Position numbers and translations under genes: made by a program
Source: Minutocellus sp. GHC0000111
Lineage: Eukaryota
Reading direction: 5' to 3'
Length of the DNA stretch: 64,000 bases
NCBI GenBank assembly: GCA_977018835.1
Contig: OZ361257.1
Coordinates: 558,001 to 622,000, forward strand
Part shown: piece by piece, positions 1-9,655 of the stretch
How positions within the stretch are numbered: position 1 is the first letter of the stretch
How the letters are laid out: every line of letters starts with the position of its first letter
The notes under the pieces: model-generated
Databases searched by the model: none
Seen by the model: the letters and a program-made list of their open reading frames with translations, nothing else
What the model was told of the DNA's origin: nothing

Positions 1-382
1 TTTCGAGCTGTCCTGGGTGGGAACCAACGTGCACTTCCTCCTTGGATTGATGGGATTCGCTTGCTTGACATTGGCCAAGCCGTACCATATGTACGGCAAG
101 AACGTGGGAGATATTGCAGCATGCTGGATCGGAGCTGCCATGGTGATGTGCATATCCATCGTCAATAGGGCGATATCGGCAGGACATGGTACGATGGACG
201 ATTCATCCTTGCAATTTGCTAACAATTTGGGAGGACTGGTTGTTACATACGTAAAGTTGCTCCTGCAGGAATGCATGGTGTTGAATGTTCTGCCCATATT
301 ATCACTTGGGCTTGGCCTGGTATCCGTCATTCCCGTGACAAGAGCGTGGAGGTCAACCAGAGAAGTCGATAAGCGAGATTGA
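1..382 (+). CDS. 3' end of a multi-pass membrane protein (partial, runs in from the window edge)
   Basis: Open frame from the window start to TGA at 380-382, with several hydrophobic segments; followed by AT-rich 3' sequence. Confidence 0.6.
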   Translation, partial: FELSWVGTNVHFLLGLMGFACLTLAKPYHMYGKNVGDIAACWIGAAMVMCISIVNRAISAGHGTMDDSSLQFANNLGGLVVTYVKLLLQECMVLNVLPILSLGLGLVSVIPVTRAWRSTREVDKRD

Positions 383-558
383 TTCCAGTTTGATGACATG
401 CCCGCACATGCCGTATGCCTTAATGCAATGGGTATTTATACTAGTACCATGAAAGATTATTCTATTTACAGTGTTTAGTATCTATTAGCTAGCTAGCGTT
501 TGTATGTACAATAGTGAGAAACATTTCCTCGATATGTGCAGTAGTTTTTGCATCTCCT

Positions 559-1995
559 CTATGCCCGGCCTTGATCCTCCATGTTGAATTCACGGAGCAA
601 TCCAAGCAAGTCATCCAGGACTGGTTCGACGGCATTGCTAAACTTTAGCATTGCCTTCTTACCATGCTCAGCCGATTCACCATCGGTCATGTGCTCAATC
701 AAGAGCTCGAGGGGAGGGGCTGCGGCGGCAGAGTATTGAAAGACCTTGCGGACGGCCCAGCCGTGATATTTGGAGTAAACGTCGTCATATGCCTTGCGAA
801 CGGCCTCGCTGATGTTGTCCTTGTAGCGATTGTCATTGAAATTTCGATAGAGCTTGTTCTGATATTCCAGTTGACGGCGGGCCCACAAGAGGCCAGTGGC
901 GGCAGATTCGTCCTCCAGCTTGGGAAGGCCTCTTGTATGGACATTGGTGTCAACTTCCTCCTTTAGCAGATCTCGGAGCGTTGGTCGCTTGCGAATGGTG
1001 CCCTGGACGGCCTTGCGGCGCTCAATCCAGGCACGAGCAGCGTTTTCAATTTTCTTCACATTCAACAGAATGTCCTTTTGGCCGAGGGTGATACCGGTGG
1101 CATAGGTTTTGTAGCCAGACGGTGGAATTTGGCGGAGCGCGCGCCAATCGGCGAAAATCCTCATGACACCGCAAAAATGAAGGGCGTCCATCGATCCTCG
1201 TTGCTGTTTGGGCGACACGGCGAGATACGAAGGGCTGCCGGTAACTACCGCTTTCGCCGCGGTCTCCACAGCATTGAAGGCCTTGCAGCTTGTGATGCCG
1301 GCGCCTGCAGAACACTTTCTATTCTGAGCAAAGGCAAACAGGTCTCCGGTCTCGCCAAGAGAAAGAGATTTGACTTTGGCTTCGGGGTAGTGATGAAATA
1401 TTGATGAAGACATGACACTGCGCCATCCCTTTGGGGGTGTTTGGAATGGCTTGGCGTCGGGAAGAGCGCTGGGGTCGACCGAGGGGAGTGTTGTCATGGA
1501 CGACGGTGGTGGCGGAGTAGGCGCGGTGGGCGCCAAAAAGTTGATCTCGGCTAAGAAATTTTCGATATGTGCTTTCTCGCGTTCCGCATACCACTGAAGA
1601 TCACGAAGCTTCTGTGTGGTCTTGACTTTGGCCATCATGAGCTCCTTGTTTTCGATAACAGGCTCGCTTGCTGCTCGGCGCATACCGGCATGTCTCGTCC
1701 AGTGACGATTGACTTGATATTGTAAGACAACTCTGGAATCTCCTTTCGACGATGGAGTATCATCTTCTGGTGCTGGTGTCTTGCACGTTTTATTGTTGGG
1801 GGGGTTGCAACCCATCGACACAAGGTTATTGCTTGACTTCGACATGCCGTGGTCCTGGATGGTGCCAGCTTCGGTGCCAGCCGGACTATTGAGGAGCAAG
1901 AGCACTGCAAAGCACAGAGAGAGGGCGAAAAGCGCTGACCGCGAATCCCCAATGGTTCGGTCATGTAGGAGATGGAGGGTAGAGATTGGCTCCAT
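559..1995 (-). CDS. Glycolipid transfer protein (GLTP)-domain protein with N-terminal hydrophobic segment
   Basis: C-terminal SAATGLLWARRQL...AYDDVYSKYHGWAVRKVF..A..AAP matches the GLTP fold motifs. The start (ATG 1995, or the ORF start at 2049) is uncertain. Confidence 0.8.
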   Translation of the reverse strand: MEPISTLHLLHDRTIGDSRSALFALSLCFAVLLLLNSPAGTEAGTIQDHGMSKSSNNLVSMGCNPPNNKTCKTPAPEDDTPSSKGDSRVVLQYQVNRHWTRHAGMRRAASEPVIENKELMMAKVKTTQKLRDLQWYAEREKAHIENFLAEINFLAPTAPTPPPPSSMTTLPSVDPSALPDAKPFQTPPKGWRSVMSSSIFHHYPEAKVKSLSLGETGDLFAFAQNRKCSAGAGITSCKAFNAVETAAKAVVTGSPSYLAVSPKQQRGSMDALHFCGVMRIFADWRALRQIPPSGYKTYATGITLGQKDILLNVKKIENAARAWIERRKAVQGTIRKRPTLRDLLKEEVDTNVHTRGLPKLEDESAATGLLWARRQLEYQNKLYRNFNDNRYKDNISEAVRKAYDDVYSKYHGWAVRKVFQYSAAAAPPLELLIEHMTDGESAEHGKKAMLKFSNAVEPVLDDLLGLLREFNMEDQGRA

Positions 1996-2509
1996 GATTC
2001 TGTATGATAATAATGAAAAGATAGAAGGATATTTGTGAGCAGTTTGCACAGTGTCAAGGCAGACTGACGAAAGTTCAAACTGCTTGAGACATTTGGTGCC
2101 ACAACGAACTTCTACTTTCGGCGAGATGAAGCGAACCAGCTGCCACCGCCATTCACAAAAGCAAGCTCGACTCGACTTACATGAATCCTGGCGTCGACAA
2201 AGCGATGAGAGGGAGGAGGAATGATGTCGTTAAGGCGATAGTCGGCGCCATTTTTGATGCATTGGTTTGAAGAATGACTGGCGCTACAGAACAACTCCAT
2301 TGGCACTTCTTCCTGCGAATGTGCGGTGTCAACAAGCGTTGACAGCGTCGTCGTCAGTGGTTGGCGGGTTGCGGGAGAAGTTCGAAGCAGCACCAGTTGT
2401 GTTGTGACGCACAACGAGACCCGGAGGTAAAACTGGTGCTTCCTTTTGACTTCCAGTTCGCCCTTCGAGCCTCCAGCCTCCAGCAAAAACCTTCACCGAA
2501 CCAGCAACC

Positions 2510-4276
2510 ATGGTCTCGTCCCATGGCCTCGCGACGTCGGTGCAGTCCACCACCGAGTCGACGACGTATGATCTCGCCGGTCTAAGCAAGGATGGCATCG
2601 TCACCGCCCTGACGACCGCCCTCTCCAACCCGCTGGTCTTGCCGCCCGGCTCCGACGCCATGATTCGACTGACCTTCGTCGTTGGAGCTGGCAAGAACAC
2701 GCGGCAGAGATACGACGCCGATGCGCACAAGGCTGTCACATCCACGCTCGATAAGCTGGGCTATTCGGAGGATCGAGGTGCCTCCTGCGTTGCTGAGTGT
2801 GGTGGTTCATACAAACTGCAGCACGACACTGGCAAGAATCTCAAAACAGTGGTCGTGTTTTCCTTCGTCGAGGCCGCCGACGGTGGTGCCGATGGCGATC
2901 GGAATGTCACCGATGGAGGCGCCGCTGGCTGTCTCATTCCCGAGAACTCACCAGGGTACAAGATTGCCGTATGTTCCGTTCCAACATTCCGAGCGTTGCT
3001 TACCAATCAATGCGGCACATGGTCGGAAAAGCGCGGGTGCCTGGAATCGCTCGCGGCGCTACGCTCCATAGTACAAGAATGCGACGACAAGCTGATGAAC
3101 GGTCAGATGTTGGATGAGGAGGAGCAGAATTTTTATGATGCTGTGGTCGATCTGAGCGAAAAGGAGGCATATGCCAAGGAGGAGGCTACCTCCATGGTAG
3201 AGGCGGGGAAGCTAACTGCGTACGAACGTGACATATTGCTGGAACAGAATGCCGAGCGCATCGCCGCCCTGAAAAAGGAGGGGAAGAAGGTACCCGACAA
3301 GGTGCTAAAGAGGAAGGCTCTGCTTGAGGGCATCTCGTCGCCGACATCTGCTCCCCGGTTGCGTCACGAGAGCAAGATTGCCAAGCTCTACAAGGAGCTG
3401 GGACCGTTGCAACGTATGGAAGATGCGGCGAAAGGTCGACTGTTGAGCGTGAAGGAAACGCAGACGTTGGCACGGAAGGATGAGATATTGGAGGAGATCG
3501 AGTACTTGGAGCAGTCGTCTCAGGGTTGGTTCGAGGAGGATGACATATTTCGTCAGCGCGTGGTGGTATGTCGACAAAAGTATTCCAAGGCTGGTGGCGG
3601 AAAGAAGGCCGGCGCTGGTGGAGGGAAGCGAGCGACAGCCACGTCGGCATCGTTGAATAAGATTCGAGCCCCCACAAACAACAAATGGGTCGTCCCCGGT
3701 GCTGGGGGTGGGTGGAATTCCAAGACTGGCACAAAGGATAAGAAAAAGAAGAGCAAAGGTGGCGCGGTATTCACTGCTATGATGATGGACAGTGATAGCG
3801 ATGACGACGAAGAAGATGAAGAGGAGAGCGTCGACGAGGAGCAAGAGGACAAGTCAAATGAAGATGATACCAACCAAACGCCTGCAGGCAGAACATCTGG
3901 AGGAGTAGCTCCAGTTGAGAATGAGCCTCCTCCCAAGGCCGGTGCGCCATCTGTATCTACTTCGGTTGCTGGATCGGGCAGGAAGAAGGCCAAGGCAAAC
4001 AAGAGGAAGAACAAAAAGAAGGGCGGTGGCAGCACCGGGACAACGAATGCATCCTCAGCCGATGAAAGTCGAGCGCTTGAGGCAGCGGTTGCAGAGAATA
4101 CCGCAACACTGAGCAAAGGACAAGACAAGAAGGAGAAGGAGGAGCAGACCGCCATCGTTCAAGTGTGGACGTTTCTCACCACTTACATCTTCCCTCTCAT
4201 TCTTGGTTTGCTCGGTTGGATCATTGGTCTTCTGTTTGGCACAGCCAAGAAGAACAAGAAAAGGAAGACCCGATAG
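2510..4276 (+). CDS. Hypothetical protein: coiled-coil core, acidic/basic low-complexity region, C-terminal tail anchor
   Basis: 588-aa single ORF with a C-terminal hydrophobic helix (YIFPLILGLLGWIIGLLFG) followed by a basic tail. Confidence 0.75.
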   Translation: MVSSHGLATSVQSTTESTTYDLAGLSKDGIVTALTTALSNPLVLPPGSDAMIRLTFVVGAGKNTRQRYDADAHKAVTSTLDKLGYSEDRGASCVAECGGSYKLQHDTGKNLKTVVVFSFVEAADGGADGDRNVTDGGAAGCLIPENSPGYKIAVCSVPTFRALLTNQCGTWSEKRGCLESLAALRSIVQECDDKLMNGQMLDEEEQNFYDAVVDLSEKEAYAKEEATSMVEAGKLTAYERDILLEQNAERIAALKKEGKKVPDKVLKRKALLEGISSPTSAPRLRHESKIAKLYKELGPLQRMEDAAKGRLLSVKETQTLARKDEILEEIEYLEQSSQGWFEEDDIFRQRVVVCRQKYSKAGGGKKAGAGGGKRATATSASLNKIRAPTNNKWVVPGAGGGWNSKTGTKDKKKKSKGGAVFTAMMMDSDSDDDEEDEEESVDEEQEDKSNEDDTNQTPAGRTSGGVAPVENEPPPKAGAPSVSTSVAGSGRKKAKANKRKNKKKGGGSTGTTNASSADESRALEAAVAENTATLSKGQDKKEKEEQTAIVQVWTFLTTYIFPLILGLLGWIIGLLFGTAKKNKKRKTR

Positions 4277-4571
4277 AGTCTATCGCATGCCGATTTCCTT
4301 GTAATCTAAGCTTAGATAAGCGTTCCGTTAGATCTATAATACCACTTGGTAGAGTACCGGTAAGCACTTTTTCCATCGATGGATTGGGTCGCAAAAGCAA
4401 GCAAGAAGCAAAAGCAAGCAAGCTCTCGAAAAAGGACCCGGAAAATTGAATCGCCATCGCATCGCAACACCGCGATGGGCATGGGCCATGGGCCATGCAT
4501 GCGGCACTGACGTATCTTTTCACATCTTGTCCTCGTGGTTTGTGCTTATCTCAAATCAAGGGCTCTTGACC

Positions 4572-6569
4572 ATGCTCCCCACCGCGAGGATAGCGCCCAT
4601 CATATTGCAAGCTGCTTTGATTCAAAATGCTCTAGCGTTTGCTCCGACAGCACCAATCAGCTCAGGCCTCACGCGCAAGCCCGGGTTCGGTTCGCCTGCT
4701 TCCACGACGTTTCCAAGAACCCCTCAGCATTCCACCACCACAACCAGACCTCTGACGGCAAAGAGTGACGACGACATCGATGACGATGATGAAGAAGACA
4801 TCGATCTATCTGATAAGGATTGGCGGGCCTTTCGGGCCCAACTGGTCATGTCGGAACCGACGAAAGATGACGAAGATGAGTCATCGTCGTCCTCATCCTC
4901 CACGACGCAGGCATCGGCTGCCGAGGCCTTTATGGAATCCGAGGAAGACCTCGACGGGATCGGAGCTGTGTTTGCTAGCAAGTCGTCCACGGACGTCATG
5001 AGCCCAAGCAAATTCACACCGCTTTCGCCCGACCAATGGGCATACGATTCCGGAAAGGTGATCGAGCAAGGCGCTGTAATTTTGGGCGGAGTGGAACAGG
5101 ACTTTGGCTTTGGTCTGCGACAGCAATACTTTCACAAGGCTGTGATACTCGTTCTTGATCACGATGAGAATCAGTTTACCAAGGGGATTATTCTTAACAA
5201 GCCCACAGACAGATTTCTCGATGACGACATCAATTCGGGTGTGAGATGGCGCGTGTGGTTTGGTGGAGATGTCCAAGGGCTCGATACGATTCTACCGGAC
5301 ATTACGTGCCTTCATTCTCTTGATGACCCAGATGTGCAGAAAGTGAGCAAGTCTGTTATGAAGGACATTCAGTGGACGACATTCGAGAACGCCAAGAAAT
5401 TGGTGAAAGAAGGAAAAGCAGAGCCGGGTGATTTTTGGCTATTTGCAGGATACGCCGGGTGGGGCCCACAGCAGCTGGCCGGTGAGTTGGATCGCAAGTC
5501 CTGGTATATGGCTGCAACTGATTCCCAAACCTTGTTGAAAGAATTGGCACGGCAGAGCAAAGACGCTGACCCCTTGGATGCTGGACTCGATGTATGGGAA
5601 CTCCTTATGAATATGATCGGCCGAGGAGAAACTGCTGAGGAATGCTCAGGTGATTTTGATGATCTAATGCTCAAGGAATGGAGTCGGAAGAATTTGCGTT
5701 CCGAGGAAGACGAAATAGGAACAAGTAGCGCGGACTTAATAGACAAGGCCGCTAGACTGACGGGAGATGATGCGGTAATGGAAGGTTCACTATTGCGAGC
5801 ATCGTCTGCCGTTCGCTCTCCATATCTCCTGTCAAAGCAGGAATTGCACAAGAGTGTCGTTTTAGTGATTTCTGACGACGAGAATTTGACCATTGGGGTC
5901 ATGCTGAATCGTCCTGTTACACGAGGAATTGAGCTTGAAATTACCGATAAAGCATCGATGGAGAGCAAAAAGGTCAATCTTCCCCTTCGATTTGGTGGGG
6001 AGTATGCCATTAAAGGTCAAGAGACGATGCTCTGGCTTCACCGCAACCCAAGACTTCGATCGGAGAACATTGGTTCGGAGATTGGCCCAGCATCGACCGA
6101 TATTTGGAAATGCTCTCAAGAAGAGGCAACAAAGGCAATGGCTAGTGGCCTCGCGAAGCCGGAAGATTTCATCATTGTAAGTGGCGTATCTGTCTGGCCC
6201 AAGGCCGGTGCTCTTGCACAAGGTATGCAAGGCGAGGTTGCCGAGGGTAACTTTGAACCTATATCCAACACACGTATCGAAGATGTGTGGAGCATGCTGA
6301 CGAAGCAAGAGGTTCTTACCAAGCTCAATTTTGTCAAGGAGATCGATGTTGCCAACGAGGCTTGGCGTGCAGGTGGATCCAATACTAGTTCTGGAAGAGA
6401 GGACGAGTCATCAAGCACAACCACAGAAGGAATTGGAGAAGGATACGACGAAGAAGGCGATGATTCGTACGTTCATAAGACGACGACAAAGGTCACTGAT
6501 CTGGCCGACACGGCGCTACGCAGCTGGGTCGCGTCCTTTTTACTTGGAGCTCCCACTCTTGGCCATTGA
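4572..6569 (+). CDS. Plastid-targeted protein with two DUF179 (YqgE/AlgH, UPF0301) domains
   Basis: Signal peptide ending ALA-FAP (ASAFAP-like). Motifs FHKAVILV..H..GIILNKP, WFGGDV and FAGYAGWGPQQLAGEL, then a second copy with KSVVLV..GVMLNRP..FGG. Confidence 0.85.
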   Translation: MLPTARIAPIILQAALIQNALAFAPTAPISSGLTRKPGFGSPASTTFPRTPQHSTTTTRPLTAKSDDDIDDDDEEDIDLSDKDWRAFRAQLVMSEPTKDDEDESSSSSSSTTQASAAEAFMESEEDLDGIGAVFASKSSTDVMSPSKFTPLSPDQWAYDSGKVIEQGAVILGGVEQDFGFGLRQQYFHKAVILVLDHDENQFTKGIILNKPTDRFLDDDINSGVRWRVWFGGDVQGLDTILPDITCLHSLDDPDVQKVSKSVMKDIQWTTFENAKKLVKEGKAEPGDFWLFAGYAGWGPQQLAGELDRKSWYMAATDSQTLLKELARQSKDADPLDAGLDVWELLMNMIGRGETAEECSGDFDDLMLKEWSRKNLRSEEDEIGTSSADLIDKAARLTGDDAVMEGSLLRASSAVRSPYLLSKQELHKSVVLVISDDENLTIGVMLNRPVTRGIELEITDKASMESKKVNLPLRFGGEYAIKGQETMLWLHRNPRLRSENIGSEIGPASTDIWKCSQEEATKAMASGLAKPEDFIIVSGVSVWPKAGALAQGMQGEVAEGNFEPISNTRIEDVWSMLTKQEVLTKLNFVKEIDVANEAWRAGGSNTSSGREDESSSTTTEGIGEGYDEEGDDSYVHKTTTKVTDLADTALRSWVASFLLGAPTLGH

Positions 6570-6633
6570 TTGGTTTTTTAATAGTTTAAAATATGCTTAT
6601 ATAGAATATGTACAACAGTTGGCGATTGCATAG

Positions 6634-7479
6634 TTAGGTCTCACCATCCTTCTCTTGGGCATCAAACCACCGCCCCAATGCAATAGAATCCATTGTAACA
6701 GCAAAATAACATGGACCGGTTATGCTCGACAACGCCAGATCAGAATATCCATCACAAAAAACCGTGCTTGCCACTGTACCCAACAATCCACCCTCTGCAA
6801 ATGATGAGAGTGGCAAATAGTCTGATGCTGATGGTATGTAGTGCCACGCTCCCAATGCAACGAATGGCAGTTCCGAGAGTGGACCTCCGATCGATGTTAT
6901 CGATGCAGCGAGCAATGCTGCGGGTGTACCGTCCAACAGTAGCCACTGACTCAGTGCGGCGAACAACATTATAAGCAAACTTTGTTCTGAATCGGGATAC
7001 AAGCCATCGGGCAATAAGGCGATGGATTGCGTTTGCAGCAAGTCGGATAGTTTGATAATGAGTGCAGTTGTGACAACGGCGATGAACGCTCTCGTTTGTA
7101 ATTGCTCTGATGTTGGTTTGGCGTAATTGTCTTTAGGTTGCTGCGGTATATTCAGAGCTTTCCGTGTTGCAGTCACGATGACATTCTCCATTATTCTTGG
7201 AAGGATTCCACCTAACACCACATACGCTACACCAAGCAATGGCGGTATGAGCCAGCTGGTACATAAAATCGGGTCGGCGGTGGTTGAGGTTGCAGCTGCT
7301 GCCGCATTGGTTGAGGCGGACAAGAATGAGGGCATTTGCAGTGCATTTTGTGAAACGGTGATGGGCAAAATATCGTACTCCAAAAGACACTGGTTGTGAA
7401 TCGAGTCTACCAACGGTCCCACCGTTGCTCCCGTGAGGAACAGCTTGGCTGTTGTGGTGGGCTTCGGCAGGAAGAGCAT
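6634..7479 (-). CDS. INSIG-like integral membrane protein
   Basis: Motifs GATVGPLVDSIH, WLIPPLLGVAY and WLLLDGT...GGPLSELPF..GAWHY resemble the plant/algal INSIG-domain family. The 5' end may extend upstream. Confidence 0.6.
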   Translation of the reverse strand: MLFLPKPTTTAKLFLTGATVGPLVDSIHNQCLLEYDILPITVSQNALQMPSFLSASTNAAAAATSTTADPILCTSWLIPPLLGVAYVVLGGILPRIMENVIVTATRKALNIPQQPKDNYAKPTSEQLQTRAFIAVVTTALIIKLSDLLQTQSIALLPDGLYPDSEQSLLIMLFAALSQWLLLDGTPAALLAASITSIGGPLSELPFVALGAWHYIPSASDYLPLSSFAEGGLLGTVASTVFCDGYSDLALSSITGPCYFAVTMDSIALGRWFDAQEKDGET

Positions 7480-7832
7480 GGTGGGCCCGCAGGTGATTTT
7501 TCAAAATGACGCAGATTGCACCACATCGGTCTCAGATTGTCTGTCCGTTTGCCGTCCAGCGAAATCGATGATCGAGCTGAGAAGGGACGGAAGACGGAAG
7601 GAGGAAGCATCCAACGTATGAATCTACTTGTGAGTCTGTACATGTTGGCGATTTCTTTCTCTAAGTTATTGCCCATTCTCATTTTATCATTGGGAATGTT
7701 TTCTCTTCGTGAGGGACAAAGAAATTCCTAAATTAATGTGGAGTAAACAGACGCCAAGCCATCGCTTTCAGCTTTTCAATTCATGATGATGTAGATCTAA
7801 TTTTTGGGAGCTCAGTCTTCCTTTCCTTCAAA

Positions 7833-8280
7833 TCAAATGCCAATGGCATAGGCAAGGGTAAGAACAATCCAAACCAATCCTTCAAAACTCTTGGGGGCGG
7901 TACCGCCGGAGGGACTAGAGAAGGCTTCCTCCATGTTGTCGTCGGCCGGGGGCTCTTCGGTGGGAGAAGGCTCGATGGCACCCTCACAAAATTCCTCGAG
8001 ACCCTCGCAGTCACCGCCATCCCAACCGCACGCCTCGGTGTATTCAAGGGAGTCTTCATAGGTGCATCCACACCATCCCTGTGAGTAAGGAACATGGGCG
8101 GGTGAGTGAGTAAGAGAGTGAGTGGGTGGTGAGATAGTCTCGCGCACGCACATTCGAAGGTCCACATAAAAGTTTCTATGCATACATATAAACTTACATC
8201 TCCAATCCAATTAGGAATAGGGTTTTCGCAGTCGGGATATTTCTCGTTGAATTCGAGGCAGTCTCCGTCGTCAAATCCAC
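7833..8280 (-). CDS. LNR/Notch-repeat surface protein, last two exons (8280-8200, 8079-7833); 5' exons not found
   Basis: Spliced sequence GFDDGDC...YPDC...WIGD|GWC...EACGWDGGDC, with a GTAAGT donor and CAG acceptors. The hydrophobic C-terminus is GPI-like. Confidence 0.7.
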
Positions 8281-8328
8281 CTGGCACAACAGGCATGTTA
8301 ATAACAAGAAGATCAGATTGGTAGCAGC

Positions 8329-8429
8329 ACATTAATTTTCTTAGTGCGAATGCACCAACGTCTTTTAGACCACGATTCTGTCGGCCCAAATAGGGAGACA
8401 CGGCTCCAAGCGCTAACGCGGTTTGACCT
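8329..8429. repeat. Dispersed ~95-bp repeat, copy 1
   Basis: Core 8336-8413 is identical to 29636-29714 apart from a 1-bp indel. Confidence 0.9.
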
Positions 8430-9655
8430 GATTCATTCACATGCCAAGTTCTCAAGCCTTGAGATGTATTTCGTTCATTTGAGCTTTGAGCGGCGTGCAT
8501 AAGGTTTGTTTGTGCTGGGGGAGAAAAGTATTTGCAGCATTTACTTCCTATCTTGGCTGATTGGATGTTGCCAATGCATTTGTACATGGCGAATCCAGAA
8601 CTTGCTGTCATGTTGTGCAGCAGACACGTCTGGAACGCAGGAATTCCTACATAGGAATTCATAAATTGTTAATTTCGGCCAAGGGGATCGCAAGCTTGCG
8701 TAGTGATCCACTTGGCCCATCAAATTGTGCAGAGCAAAGTGAATCTTTGGTTTAGCTCTACAGGTCTACACTTGTGTAATAGTTTACATAACAATTGTAA
8801 CAGTCACATGTGGCATAGATCTAACTGATGCCACTTTTATCGATGGCACCACAACAAGAATGAATTGAGAGATCTGCAACAACAACAAAGGATTTACAAG
8901 CCGCCGCCTCTTTCCATCTTTCTTTCCTCTCCAAAAATGAAAAACCTACCAGTACCGGTAGTCTCATTACATTAGAAATCGGTGTGTGAACACGGTACCG
9001 GTAGATCTAGATTGTGCATGTTACACATGTAGATCTAGTCTACTAGCTACGTAGCAGATCTTGATGATTCTCTACATGTACATGTGTGTAGTCGGTGCCA
9101 GCCAGTCTGCTGTCCTTCTCACCACTTCGTAGCAATCACGAAGTGCGCTGATAAATGGCGCCCACTCGTTTATTTGTATGTGGGAGATGGAACTGCCGCG
9201 GAAGCAGCCAGATTTCAATGCTTCTCATTGCGTGCAAATCTTGGACGGAAGCGGTTGTCATGCAAGCGAACCGAGAAGAACGAGCGAACCATGTTATTTT
9301 GAGTCGAGCTTGTTTTGACCTCGGCTCATTTCGGTCACAAAGACGGTTGGGGTCATGGAAGCCACTCCACAGCAGTCGGTGTTTGGTGAATTTCCCCCTT
9401 GGGTTAATTGATTTGGGCCATACAAGGACGACACTGGGCCATTTCAACCATACCCTCGTCCCTCGCCTTGCCTTGCTCACTTCATTCTTCCAAAGACTCC
9501 ACCAGCGAGCAAGGCTTGACACTCGCAGCAGCCTTTGCCTCGGCAGCTTCATTCATTTGTGCCATCTTTACGCGCATACTACGTAGTACCACGCATCACC
9601 TTCCATAACTGGTACATCTTGTGATCGATCCGAAAAACGGCACAGCCAACCAGCA

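Noticed and set aside
7781..8662. 293-aa ORF as a single gene
   Set aside because: It crosses introns and the dispersed repeat; only the LNR exon portion is credible.
9136..9608. Short ORFs upstream of the FkbM gene
   Set aside because: No recognisable product; possibly a degenerate fragment, but unsupported.
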